DNA of 38,048 nt, from IMG/VR virus record IMGVR_UViG_3300025127_000099, positions 1 through 38,048 of that record. One strand, given 5' to 3'. Below the pieces are notes generated by a model, which saw only the letters and a list, made by a program, of their open reading frames with translations, did no database searches and had not been told where the DNA came from. This document shows positions 1 through 9,722 of this stretch, in pieces. The stretch is from a virus. Lineage: Duplodnaviria > Caudoviricetes. A program made the position numbers and the translations under genes. How positions within the stretch are numbered: the stretch's first letter is position 1; every line of letters begins with the position of its first letter.

Positions 1-52
1 AATTTCATTCCCAGCTGCTGCTGCCGCCACTGCTATTATCACACTTTCATAG
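1..52 (+). CDS. C-terminal end of a conserved virion structural protein (partial, 5' truncated)
   Basis: Frame 2 reads ISFPAAAAATAIITLS-stop (TAG 50-52). It resembles the FTIQFP..A..AIIRI C-terminus of a structural protein common in marine podoviruses. Confidence 0.55.
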   Translation, partial: ISFPAAAAATAIITLS

Positions 53-68
53 TCGAGGTTAATCGTCT

Positions 69-1043
69 ATGTCTGTGGTTACTAGTGGATACAGTAGAAA
101 TACTTGGAACTCAGGTGCATGGAACCGTAGTGTTGTAGACCGATCGGTTAGTGTAACAGGAGTTTCATTATCTACCACTCTTCGTTCTGTAGACGTAACT
201 ATTCCAGGCACAGCTTTTGTAACTAATGTAGGAATAAATTTATCTCTTCGTAGTGTAGCCACAGCAGCTAATGCAGGTGTATCAGCCACAAGAACAAGTA
301 TAGGATTTAGCTTACGATCGGCAACAGCTGTAGTTGTTAAAACACAAAATGTTACAGGAGTAGCATTAGTAACTACACTAAGAAGCACATCATTTACTAG
401 CAGCCCAAAAGTTTCTTTAACAGGATTAGCACCAAGATTTACCATAAGAGATGCTGTCGCATTCTTTGGAACAAATGTTATACCATCACAAACATCGGCG
501 ACATTTGCAACAGGTAATGAAAACATAGAGGCTGGAGCTAACCCAGTGATATACAATGGTGGTAAAACATTTAAAGTTACGGTTGTAAGTGTAGGAGGAG
601 CTAACAAATACTTTATAGACGGTAGACAACAGTATGGTTTAAATTTAGTCAAAGATCGTGCACTATATACCTTTGATCAATCCGATAGTTCTAATGATGG
701 TCATCCATTACGATTTTATTTAGATGCAGCTAGAAGCACACTTTTTTCAACTAACGTACAAACTGTAGGAACTCCAGGTAATCCTGGGGCATATACACAA
801 ATATTTGTTGCGAATGATGGCCCAACTACATTATACTATCAATGTAGCATACACGCAGGTATGGGAGGTAAAGCAAACTTCCAACCATTAGTAAGAACGA
901 GAGTTATATCACCAAACATAAACGGTGACGGTAACTTGGTATTAACAGGAGTTAGTGCTAGATTTAGAACACACATAAGAGGAATATGGACACCTAAAGT
1001 TTTTGGTGGTACTTCTGAAATATGGAAGGCTAAGAAGATATGA
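69..1043 (+). CDS. Virion/tail-associated protein with Ser/Thr/Val-rich repeats and a cupredoxin-like domain
   Basis: GAGG SD upstream. N-terminal GYSRNTWNSGAW motif, ~21-aa repeats (VTGVSLSTTLRS / VTNVGINLSLRS / VTGVALVTTLRS), then YTFDQSDSSNDGHPLRF...TLYYQCSIHAGMGG. Confidence 0.7.
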   Translation: MSVVTSGYSRNTWNSGAWNRSVVDRSVSVTGVSLSTTLRSVDVTIPGTAFVTNVGINLSLRSVATAANAGVSATRTSIGFSLRSATAVVVKTQNVTGVALVTTLRSTSFTSSPKVSLTGLAPRFTIRDAVAFFGTNVIPSQTSATFATGNENIEAGANPVIYNGGKTFKVTVVSVGGANKYFIDGRQQYGLNLVKDRALYTFDQSDSSNDGHPLRFYLDAARSTLFSTNVQTVGTPGNPGAYTQIFVANDGPTTLYYQCSIHAGMGGKANFQPLVRTRVISPNINGDGNLVLTGVSARFRTHIRGIWTPKVFGGTSEIWKAKKI

Positions 1044-1702
1044 GTATAACATTTAACCAATTAGTAAACAGAATTAAAACAACAAGTGAAGACACCAGCA
1101 CAGAGTTTGTTGGTGACATCCCAGCTTTTATTGAAAGAGCTGAAGCCAGATTAACAAGAGAAATAGATTCATACGGTGTTGTGCAATATGCAACATCAAA
1201 CATGGTTATCGGTGATCCATTTATTACTAAACCATTAAACACTTTAATTATTAAAAATTTAAATATTATAAAGTCTGACGGCACACGTATTAATTTATTA
1301 CAAAAGACCGACGAATATTTAAATGATTATTGGCCACAACGTACAAGTGTGGGAGTGCCTAGATATTATGCAAACTTTGGTTTTAATAATTTACTTATAG
1401 CTCCTACACCGGTGTCGGCTTATGATTGTGAAATGTCTTATATCGTTCAACCAACAGCAGCTACCTCAGTGCATCAAGAGAATTTCTTTACTGAATATTG
1501 TTCTAATGCATTGTTTTATGCTAGTATGAAGGAAGCTTGTATGTTTATGAAAAATTACTCTGCGGCTCAAATTTGGGAACAAGAGTATCAACGAGCCTTT
1601 ACTGACTTATTAAATGAAGCCAGAAGGACAAGACAGGATGATATGAGAAATAATGCCTCACCAGCTGGAGGCGATAATACATTAGTAAAAGGAAGTAATT
1701 AA
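1040..1702 (+). CDS. Head-tail adaptor (tail tubular protein A-like)
   Basis: ATGA overlap. IPAFIERAEARLTRE, GVPRYYA, IAPTP and LFYASMKEA motifs are typical of podovirus adaptor proteins. Confidence 0.7.
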   Translation: MSITFNQLVNRIKTTSEDTSTEFVGDIPAFIERAEARLTREIDSYGVVQYATSNMVIGDPFITKPLNTLIIKNLNIIKSDGTRINLLQKTDEYLNDYWPQRTSVGVPRYYANFGFNNLLIAPTPVSAYDCEMSYIVQPTAATSVHQENFFTEYCSNALFYASMKEACMFMKNYSAAQIWEQEYQRAFTDLLNEARRTRQDDMRNNASPAGGDNTLVKGSN

Positions 1703-1704
1703 TT

Positions 1705-2643
1705 ATGCCTAGTAGTTATACAACAAGATTAAGATTAGAGAAACAAGCTGATGGCGAAAATGCAAACTCTTGGGGTGATCGTCTTAACCAACAAGTTATT
1801 GATATGGTTGACGAAGCCGTCGGTGGTGTAGTCGTTGTCAGTACAACAGGAGCCACAACATCATTAACAGCTAGTAACGGTGCAGCCGATCAGTCTCGTA
1901 ATGCTGTATTAAGAATTGAAGGAACATTAGGATCTGACTCAACTATAGTAATTCCTAGTGTTGAAAAGTTATATGTTGTTGATAATCAAACATCAGGTGG
2001 CACACATACAGTTAAAATAAAAACAGCCGCAACAACAACAAATGTTATTGCTCCTCGTGGTGGTTCAAAGTTTATTTATTGTGATGGTGTAAATGTTCAC
2101 AACTCCGTTGACCCAGTAGGTGTTAGTGCACTATCTACAGAAGGTGGTGCTGTTGGCCCGATCACAGTTGGTGGCACGGTATCAGCCACAGCCGTAGATT
2201 CAACACGAGTTATTACAACAAGTATTTCAAGCTCAATCACAGATACAACTAAACTATTTGCAACAACAGCTATATCTGTAAGTGCTGTTGACTCACTGGG
2301 TAAACAACTTAGAATTACAAAGTCAGCCGTTGCTGATATTGTTTCATTAACTGATGCATCAACGATCTCAGTAAACTTTAACAGTGGTCAAAACTTTGAT
2401 GTTAGATTAGGTGGTAACAGAAACTTAGGTGCTCCAACAAATGTTCAGTCAGGACAAACCGGAAGCTTCTTTGTTCGTCAAGATGGTACTGGATCAAGGA
2501 CGTTATCATTTAATAGTGCTTACAAGTTTGTCGGGGGTACGGCTCCTACATTGACAACGACAGCTTCTGCCGTTGACCGTATTGACTACGTTGTGTTATC
2601 GAGTTCTAGTGTGCATATGGCAGCATCACTAGATGTTAAATAA
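1705..2643 (+). CDS. Tail fibre / fibre-anchor protein
   Basis: N-terminal MPSSYTTRLRLEKQADGENANSWG anchor seen in marine podovirus fibres. C-terminal LTDASTIS...QDGTGSRTLSF..YKF.GGTAPTLTT domain. Ser/Thr-rich. Confidence 0.7.
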   Translation: MPSSYTTRLRLEKQADGENANSWGDRLNQQVIDMVDEAVGGVVVVSTTGATTSLTASNGAADQSRNAVLRIEGTLGSDSTIVIPSVEKLYVVDNQTSGGTHTVKIKTAATTTNVIAPRGGSKFIYCDGVNVHNSVDPVGVSALSTEGGAVGPITVGGTVSATAVDSTRVITTSISSSITDTTKLFATTAISVSAVDSLGKQLRITKSAVADIVSLTDASTISVNFNSGQNFDVRLGGNRNLGAPTNVQSGQTGSFFVRQDGTGSRTLSFNSAYKFVGGTAPTLTTTASAVDRIDYVVLSSSSVHMAASLDVK

Positions 2644-2657
2644 TACAAGAGGTATAA

Positions 2658-4091
2658 ATGGTATTTCAAAATAATGTTCTTTCAGGTGCAGGTGGATCAG
2701 GTACAACCACATATGCAATAGGTCAATCAATAAGATTTAATGATGGTGACAATCCTTATATGGGAAGAACACCATCTGCAACTGGCACAGAAGAAACATG
2801 GACTTGGAGTTTTTGGGTTAAAAGAGCTACACTTGGAACTTTACAAGTTTTATTTCAAATAGGTGCTGATAAAAATAATTGCGACCAATTTTATTTTAAT
2901 ACCGATGATCAATTACAATATCAACATCTTGATAGTGGAAGTAATACTGATGATTTAGAAACTACACAAGTGTTCAGAGATCCTGCGGCCTGGTATCATA
3001 TCATACTAGCAGCAGATACAACGAATGCAGTTAAATCTGAAAGAATACGAATTTATGTCAACGGAGAAAGAGTTACTAATTTTGCCACTGAAAATTACCC
3101 TACACAAAATACACCTACTGATGTTAACACACAAGTATTGCATCAAATAGGTTCACAACTATCAGCAACATATTTTTCTTTTGATGGTTATATGGCAGAA
3201 ATACATCTATTAGATGGTTTAGCTTATGGACCAGAATTTTTTGGTGAATTTAATAATTCAGAAATCTGGGTCCCTAAAGAATACACTGGCAGTTATGGAA
3301 CAAATGGTTTTAAAATTGATGGCAGAGATGCATCCGACTTAGGAGACGATGAATCGGGTAATGGTAATGATTTCACCACAAGTGGACTTGGAGCACACGA
3401 CCAAGTTCTTGACTCACCAACGAATAATTTTGCAGTTGCTAATCCCATTCATGCTTCTAGTTTAATAGGAAGTGGTACATATGCTGAAGGTAATTTACAA
3501 GTTAATTATGGCACTTCCATTGGAGGTTTAGCCTCAATAGCAGTTAGTTCAGGTAAATGGTATGCAGAGTGGGAAATTCATAGTGGTTCACCTACTTACT
3601 TCGTTTTAGGAATTTATGGTGACGAACCTCTTCTAAATACATCTTATGCTGGTAAATTTGCAAACAGTTATGCGTATTATTCGCAAGATGGAAGTTATTA
3701 TAATAATAATGTAAGTAATTCCTATGGTAATTCTTACACAGTAAATGATGTTATAGGAATAGCACTTGATTTAGACAATAATAAGTTATACTTTTCAAAA
3801 AATGGTACTTTTCAAAATAGTGGAGACCCAACAAGTGGGTCAACTGGCACTGGTGCTATATCTATAACATCAGCATCTAGTGTTCCTTTAGGGCATTATT
3901 TTATAGCAGGTTCAAGTGGTAGTTCAGCTCCTACAAGTCATACCCTTAATTATAATTTTGGACAAGATGGAACGTTTGCAGGTAATGTAACAGCAGGTGG
4001 AAACAGTGATGCAAATGGGGTAGGTAATTTTAAATATACTGTACCAAGTGGGTACTTGGCACTTTGCACAAAGAATTTAGGAGCAGAATAA
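2658..4091 (+). CDS. Tail fibre/receptor-binding protein with LamG (ConA-like) and SPRY-like domains
   Basis: SIRFND..TWTWSFWVKR, FRDPAAWYHI, FDGYMAE, YGTNGF; SSGKWYAE..VIGIALDLDNNKLYFSKNG. Confidence 0.8.
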   Translation: MVFQNNVLSGAGGSGTTTYAIGQSIRFNDGDNPYMGRTPSATGTEETWTWSFWVKRATLGTLQVLFQIGADKNNCDQFYFNTDDQLQYQHLDSGSNTDDLETTQVFRDPAAWYHIILAADTTNAVKSERIRIYVNGERVTNFATENYPTQNTPTDVNTQVLHQIGSQLSATYFSFDGYMAEIHLLDGLAYGPEFFGEFNNSEIWVPKEYTGSYGTNGFKIDGRDASDLGDDESGNGNDFTTSGLGAHDQVLDSPTNNFAVANPIHASSLIGSGTYAEGNLQVNYGTSIGGLASIAVSSGKWYAEWEIHSGSPTYFVLGIYGDEPLLNTSYAGKFANSYAYYSQDGSYYNNNVSNSYGNSYTVNDVIGIALDLDNNKLYFSKNGTFQNSGDPTSGSTGTGAISITSASSVPLGHYFIAGSSGSSAPTSHTLNYNFGQDGTFAGNVTAGGNSDANGVGNFKYTVPSGYLALCTKNLGAE

Positions 4092-4092
4092 T

Positions 4093-6492
4093 ATGGCAAC
4101 ACCAACAATACCAAATGGCGAAGAACATTTCTTCCCAATTATTTACGAAGGCAACGGAGCTGGGCAGAGGGTTGGTAAGTTCGTACCTTTCACAGATAAT
4201 GGCACGATTGCGAATAGTTGTATATTTAATGATGACGATAGTCCCAAATTATATCGTCAATTAACTTCTGGAAACAGAAAAACTTGGACAATAAGTTTAT
4301 GGTTTAAGTTAGGAAAAGCACCTTCTACTGATGCTTCAGGTTTTTGGGTGTCAAGTCCTACTGATGATGGTGCTATAGGTGGTAATCCTAGTCCATATAA
4401 TATGATATTTTTTCAATTTTCTTCTGGTCAGCTTGAAATACAAGATTATCAAAACCCAAGTTATGTAATACGATTAAAAACAAATAGAACATTTGAAGAT
4501 ACCAGTAAATTTTACCATTTAGTATTAGCAGTTGATACAACTCAATCAACTGAAGCTAATCGTGTGCGAATGTATATTGATGGAGATGAAATTACTTCTT
4601 TTGCAACATCAACATATCCATCTTTAAATGCAGATACAAATGCAAATCGTAGTGGTTATTATAATGTTGTAAATATTGGTTATAATGCATATTGGGATGG
4701 CTATATGGCAGAATTTAATTTTGTAGACGGAACACAACTCACACCTTCAACCTTTGGTTTGACCGACACAAGCACAGGACGTTGGATACCAAAAGCATTA
4801 ACAGGTATTACCTACGGAACTAATGGGTTCAGATTACAGTTTGGATCGTCAAGTGCACTTGGAGATGACACCAGTGGAAATGAAAATGATTTCAGTGTTA
4901 CAAATTTAGCTAGTACAGACCAGACCACCGATAGTCCTACCCAGAATCATGCGACAATGAATCCTAATAATAAAGCATCAACAAATGCAAGTTTGTCAGA
5001 AGGTAATTTAACAGTAACACTAAGCAACACTTATGGTGGTGCTTGTGCAGGAATGGCATTACCTAGTAGTGGTAAATATTATTGGGAAATTAAAAGTGTA
5101 GGAACAATTGATGCAAATACAATAGTGGGTATAGTTCCAGACAATGGTGTTACAATAGCTGGAAGTCAGCAATTTCCAGGAGGCAGTAGTAACCCAGGTA
5201 GTTTTGGTTTCGGTCCTGCACAAACTCCTGATGCACAAACTGTTCGTAATAGTGTTTTTGAAAATTGTCCAACATTATCAAAAACAACTGCTGCTGGAAC
5301 ATATATTCAAATGTGTTGGGATGGTGATACTGGTAGTTTATGGTTTGGTTTAGATAATACTTTTGAAGGCAACCCAAGTGCTGGAACAGGTGCATCATTT
5401 ACAGGTATTAATAATACACTTAAATTGTTTCCAGCTTGTTTTGCATATGCCGATGTCTTTGAATTTAACTTTGGACAAAGGAGTTTTCAACATACCCCAC
5501 CAACTGGCTTTGTGGCTTTACAACAAGACAACCTACCTGAAACTGAAAAAGGGGTGAGTGGATTTGTGTGGATGAAGAATAGAGATGCCTCAGACAGTCA
5601 CCAGTTATATGATAGTTCACGAGGTATACAAAAAATGTTAAAGACTAATGATGTAACTCAACAGACAACAGTTACAGATGGTTTACAAAAATTTTTAAAA
5701 GGTGGTCAACAAATTGAAGATGATGTGTCAATTAATACAAGTGGTGAATCATATGTGAGTTGGAACTGGGTAGCAAATGGAGGCACCACGGCTACAAATA
5801 ACGATGGTTCAGTTACTTCAACTGTTCAAGCAAATACAACTGCTGGATTTTCAATCGTTAGATGGACTGGTGGAGGTAGTGCAGGAACAGTTGGACATGG
5901 ATTATCACAAACACCAGAGTGGATATTTTATAAACGAACAAATGCTACTGGAGATGGTTGGGTAACTTATCATAAAAACCAAAATTCATCACCAGCTAGT
6001 GGTAGTATGCAATTACAATCTACGGGTGCATTTGGTGCAGATTCAACTTTGTGGAATAATACCGCACCGACATCAAGTGTAATTTCTATTGGTACTTATG
6101 GAATGCAAAGTAGTGAAGAACGAACAGCTTGGGTGTGGCACCCAGTTGAGGGTTATTCAAAATTTGGAAGTTACGAAGGAAATGCTAGTGCTGATGGTAC
6201 ATTTGTGTATACAGGATTTAAACCAGCATTTCTTATAATTAAAGATATTGATAATACTAGAAATTGGATAATGATAGATAGTACCAGAGACCCCTTTAAC
6301 CCAACTGATAAAGGTTTGGCTCCTAGTAATACTAATGCTGAAAACACAGGTAATGCTATTGATTTTGTATCAAATGGATTTAAATTTAGGTCAAGTAGTA
6401 CATCATTTAATACAAGTTCCACATACATCTATATAGCATTTGCTGAACATCCATTTGTTGGGGACGGAACGAGTCCTGTAACTGCGAGGTAG
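4093..6492 (+). CDS. Tail fibre/receptor-binding protein with LamG and SPRY-like domains plus a C-terminal extension (paralog of the upstream gene)
   Basis: Same motif order (TWTISLWFK, WDGYMAE, YGTNGF, DSPT, SGKYYWE). C-terminal NTTAGFSIVRWTG..GHGL..P / GYSKFGSY.GN..VYTGFKPA / DFVSNGFK domain. Confidence 0.8.
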   Translation: MATPTIPNGEEHFFPIIYEGNGAGQRVGKFVPFTDNGTIANSCIFNDDDSPKLYRQLTSGNRKTWTISLWFKLGKAPSTDASGFWVSSPTDDGAIGGNPSPYNMIFFQFSSGQLEIQDYQNPSYVIRLKTNRTFEDTSKFYHLVLAVDTTQSTEANRVRMYIDGDEITSFATSTYPSLNADTNANRSGYYNVVNIGYNAYWDGYMAEFNFVDGTQLTPSTFGLTDTSTGRWIPKALTGITYGTNGFRLQFGSSSALGDDTSGNENDFSVTNLASTDQTTDSPTQNHATMNPNNKASTNASLSEGNLTVTLSNTYGGACAGMALPSSGKYYWEIKSVGTIDANTIVGIVPDNGVTIAGSQQFPGGSSNPGSFGFGPAQTPDAQTVRNSVFENCPTLSKTTAAGTYIQMCWDGDTGSLWFGLDNTFEGNPSAGTGASFTGINNTLKLFPACFAYADVFEFNFGQRSFQHTPPTGFVALQQDNLPETEKGVSGFVWMKNRDASDSHQLYDSSRGIQKMLKTNDVTQQTTVTDGLQKFLKGGQQIEDDVSINTSGESYVSWNWVANGGTTATNNDGSVTSTVQANTTAGFSIVRWTGGGSAGTVGHGLSQTPEWIFYKRTNATGDGWVTYHKNQNSSPASGSMQLQSTGAFGADSTLWNNTAPTSSVISIGTYGMQSSEERTAWVWHPVEGYSKFGSYEGNASADGTFVYTGFKPAFLIIKDIDNTRNWIMIDSTRDPFNPTDKGLAPSNTNAENTGNAIDFVSNGFKFRSSSTSFNTSSTYIYIAFAEHPFVGDGTSPVTAR

Positions 6493-6546
6493 GGTTGTAT
6501 ATATGAAACAAATATTTAATAATAGAAACATACGTAAAGGAGTATT

Positions 6547-7140
6547 ATGTCTTGGGCAATAGTAAAAAACAATCAAGTAATTGAAATACTGAATGGTGCA
6601 AAAGCTGTAACCATAAACGGTATACAATACCCTAGTACTATTTTTAGTGTATGGCCAAAAGCCGATCTTAAAAATATTGGTATTTATCCAACACAGATTA
6701 CAAGCACAGTAGATAATAGAACTCATGCAGGAACAGGTGGTGTAACGTATACCATTAATACCGATCACGTAGCTATACACTATAATAAAAAAGCACATGT
6801 AATTGAAGATGTTACCAATGAAGATAAAAGTGTAACAGCAGGTTTAAAATCAAAACTACTTGGAGAAGTAGATGCCAATGCATACAAAGTGTTAGCACCG
6901 TCAGACTGGATGACTACACGTCAGATAGAAACGGGTGTAACTATAGCTGATAATTGGAAAATATGGAGAGCCAGTGTACGAACTCAAGCTAAAGCTATGA
7001 AGACGGCTATCAATGCTGTAACAACAATCACTGACGTTCCAGGATTATATGTAACTTATGCAACAGCTAGTGATGGAACAATGACATCTGTGTCTAGTGG
7101 TCATCTATGGCACTGGCCTAAAAATCCAGATGAGGCTTAG
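6547..7140 (+). CDS. Putative tail-fibre assembly protein
   Basis: AAGGAG SD. INGIQYP..IF..W...LK.IGIY N-terminus and LAPSDW...WRASVR...WP C-terminus resemble Tfa-like chaperones. Follows the fibre genes. Confidence 0.55.
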   Translation: MSWAIVKNNQVIEILNGAKAVTINGIQYPSTIFSVWPKADLKNIGIYPTQITSTVDNRTHAGTGGVTYTINTDHVAIHYNKKAHVIEDVTNEDKSVTAGLKSKLLGEVDANAYKVLAPSDWMTTRQIETGVTIADNWKIWRASVRTQAKAMKTAINAVTTITDVPGLYVTYATASDGTMTSVSSGHLWHWPKNPDEA

Positions 7141-7159
7141 AGAAAGGTGGAGAGAATAA

Positions 7160-9004
7160 ATGTCCACCGATACAATTCTATTTGATGTAAATTTCAGACC
7201 GGGGATAGACAGAGAGTCTACACAATATGCCTCCAAAGGTGGATGGTATAATGGTGACAAAGTACGGTTTCGTGCTGGTAAACCAGAAAACATTCGTGGT
7301 TATGAGAAAAGAGTACAAGAAGCATTCATAGGAACAGGTCGTTCATCTCACTCATTTACAAGTAACGAAGCTCTAAAGTATCTTTCGTTTGGCACACCAA
7401 GTCATCTCTATGTTTATGCTGGTGGTAAGAACAATGATGTTACACCATTACGAACATCAACAACATCGAGTGTCACTTATAAAACAGTAGCTTCTAGCAC
7501 TCGTATACTTGTATCATCCACAAGTCATGGAGCTAATGTTGGTGATTATTTTATTCTTGTATCGTCAGCAACTGTTGGTGGTAATCATAGATTTTTAAAT
7601 AATCAGTTTGAAGTTGTATCATCCACACCTACTAATTTTACATTTAATGCTTCAATAGCTTCGTCGGCAACTACAACAATAACAACACGATCTAAGTTTC
7701 AATTCTATATACACTCAGGTGGTTCACAAAATATTCCTGAACTTGGTTGGGGTATTGGTGTTTATAATGCAGGTGTATCAATTACAGGAGCCAGAGCATG
7801 GAACAGTCCTGCGAGTATATCTGGTGATGCACAAACGCAACCACTACGACAATGGTCACTTGATAATTTTGGTGAAGACTTATTAGCCTTACCACGAGAA
7901 GGTAGATTATACGTATGGGATGAATCAGCTGGTACAGGCAATAGAGCCGTGGTTGTATCAACAGCTCCTAGTGCTTCTAATTTTATGTTTGTATCACAAC
8001 AAGATAGACACGTTATTTGTTTAGGTACACACGGTGTAGCTAGTGGTTTTGACCCAATGTTAGTTAGGTGGTCAGATCAAAACGATTATGCAAATTGGAG
8101 TGTTAATGTTAGTAGCACATCGGGCGAAAACCAACTAGGTGACGGCAGTGAATTAATAACCGGACTTAACACTCGTAACCAATCATTAATTTGGACGGAC
8201 AATGCTGTACATGCTATGGAGTTTGTTGGTCCACCGTTTATATTTAACTTTAGACAGTTGGGTTCTAACTGTGGTATAGCTGGGCAACATGCAGCAATCG
8301 AACTTGATGGTCGTATATTCTGGATGGGTGCAAAAGATTTCTTTGTGTATGATGGTGCTGTCAAAGCTTTACCGTGTACAGTTCGTCGTTATGTTTATAA
8401 TGATTTTAATTTTGATCAAAAAGAAAAAGTATATGCTGGTACAAATCAAGAGTTCAGAGAAATAACATGGTTATATCCAAGTAAAAATGCAACAGAGGTA
8501 GATCGATATGTAAGTTATAATCCTGTTGAAAACTATTGGACATTTGGTACAACTATATTTACAACATGGGAAGATAAAGAAGTATTTCAAAACGTGATAA
8601 CAACTGGTCAAGAAGCAGACGGCGATAACTATTTATATACAAACGAACCCGAAGATATTTATACAGCTGATGGTCAGAAACAAGAAGCCTTTCTTGAATC
8701 ATCAGAATTTGATACAACTCCACCATCGTATGGACCAGGAGATAGCATTATGTACTTGGATAGAATCGTTCCAGACTTTACAATAAATGATGGTGGTCGT
8801 GTTACTTTAAATATGAAACTTAAAAACTTTCCAAACGGAGAGATTAGAGAAAAGGGACCATTTTTTGTAACACCGACAACACAATTTATAAGAACACGTG
8901 CTCGTAGTCGTCAAGCTATTATTCGTATCTCGACATCTACGGGTGGAACTAACTGGCGACTAGGATCTTTCAGAATGGATGTAACACAAGATGGCAAAAG
9001 ATAA
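7160..9004 (+). CDS. Tail nozzle / tubular protein B (P22 gp10-like DNA stabilisation protein)
   Basis: FRPGIDRE..Y...GGW.NGDKVRFR.G.PE, WSLDNFGEDL, RWSDQ.DY..W, F.EITWLYPS and WRLG.FR.D...DGKR motifs. 614 aa, beta-rich. Confidence 0.8.
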   Translation: MSTDTILFDVNFRPGIDRESTQYASKGGWYNGDKVRFRAGKPENIRGYEKRVQEAFIGTGRSSHSFTSNEALKYLSFGTPSHLYVYAGGKNNDVTPLRTSTTSSVTYKTVASSTRILVSSTSHGANVGDYFILVSSATVGGNHRFLNNQFEVVSSTPTNFTFNASIASSATTTITTRSKFQFYIHSGGSQNIPELGWGIGVYNAGVSITGARAWNSPASISGDAQTQPLRQWSLDNFGEDLLALPREGRLYVWDESAGTGNRAVVVSTAPSASNFMFVSQQDRHVICLGTHGVASGFDPMLVRWSDQNDYANWSVNVSSTSGENQLGDGSELITGLNTRNQSLIWTDNAVHAMEFVGPPFIFNFRQLGSNCGIAGQHAAIELDGRIFWMGAKDFFVYDGAVKALPCTVRRYVYNDFNFDQKEKVYAGTNQEFREITWLYPSKNATEVDRYVSYNPVENYWTFGTTIFTTWEDKEVFQNVITTGQEADGDNYLYTNEPEDIYTADGQKQEAFLESSEFDTTPPSYGPGDSIMYLDRIVPDFTINDGGRVTLNMKLKNFPNGEIREKGPFFVTPTTQFIRTRARSRQAIIRISTSTGGTNWRLGSFRMDVTQDGKR

Positions 9005-9302
9005 CAGAAGAATACCAAGAAAAAAAGGACAACCAGTCGGTAGTAAAAAACACTCTGACTTGTATACCGATGAGAATCCAAAAGGCACAATACGTGGTTT
9101 AAAATTTACAACGGTTGCAGATGCACGAGCTTCGGTAGCTAAGATAAAAAGATCAGGTCGTAGTCATGCCCATAAAACACAGGCTGCGATAGCTATGGAA
9201 CAACGAGCTAGAGTTGCAGGTAAAAATAAACAAGCTGCTGTGTATAGAGCTTTTATAAATCAACAAAAGAAAAAGACAAAACAAAAAAGGAATGTAGCAT
9301 AA
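8991..9302 (+). CDS. Small highly basic protein (HSDLYTDENPKGTI family), function unknown
   Basis: Overlaps the nozzle stop and abuts the next ATG. Lys/Arg-rich. Confidence 0.7.
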   Translation: MAKDNRRIPRKKGQPVGSKKHSDLYTDENPKGTIRGLKFTTVADARASVAKIKRSGRSHAHKTQAAIAMEQRARVAGKNKQAAVYRAFINQQKKKTKQKRNVA

Positions 9303-9722
9303 ATGGCAGATTATCCAAGATTCCCAAGAATAACACCTAACATGGAAAACAGTTCGACGACGTTTACAACAGGATCTCCACAAAGTTTTGGGCCTGGCGG
9401 AACAGCACCTGCACCAACAACGACTGTATCGTTTCTTGATGCTGGTAATGCTAATGCTTTTTCAGACGATGCACTTAATAAAATGGAAGCCTGGGCTGAT
9501 TCGTTAAATGATAAACTATCAGCTGACCAAGTAAAAATTCGTAATGGTGTACAACAAGATCAGTTTGGATCTATAAGTATACAAGGACGACTAAGACTTA
9601 ATAGTAACTTAACAAACCCTGATACGGCAGAAGCTACACCGTTGAAAGGGCAGATTAGATTTAATACTGATACTAATAAGTTTCAAGGCTATGATGGTAC
9701 AGGTTGGAGGGACTTTCACTAA
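9303..9722 (+). CDS. Small tail protein (needle/short trimeric fibre-like)
   Basis: Located after the nozzle. C-terminal GQIRFNTDTNKFQGYDGTGW motif is typical of trimeric fibre segments. Confidence 0.55.
   Translation: MADYPRFPRITPNMENSSTTFTTGSPQSFGPGGTAPAPTTTVSFLDAGNANAFSDDALNKMEAWADSLNDKLSADQVKIRNGVQQDQFGSISIQGRLRLNSNLTNPDTAEATPLKGQIRFNTDTNKFQGYDGTGWRDFH

Noticed and set aside
59-652. 197-aa minus-strand ORF and the many other antisense ORFs in the track (e.g. 13897-14244, 22296-22664, 25602-25892)
   Set aside because: Shadows of well-supported genes on the opposite strand, with no SD or recognisable motifs.
2658-6492. Diversity-generating retroelement acting on the fibre genes
   Set aside because: No reverse transcriptase and no near-identical TR/VR pair seen.
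6493-6546. Internal promoter before the fibre-assembly gene
   Set aside because: Only a weak TTGTAT-N16-TAATAA match in AT-rich sequence.
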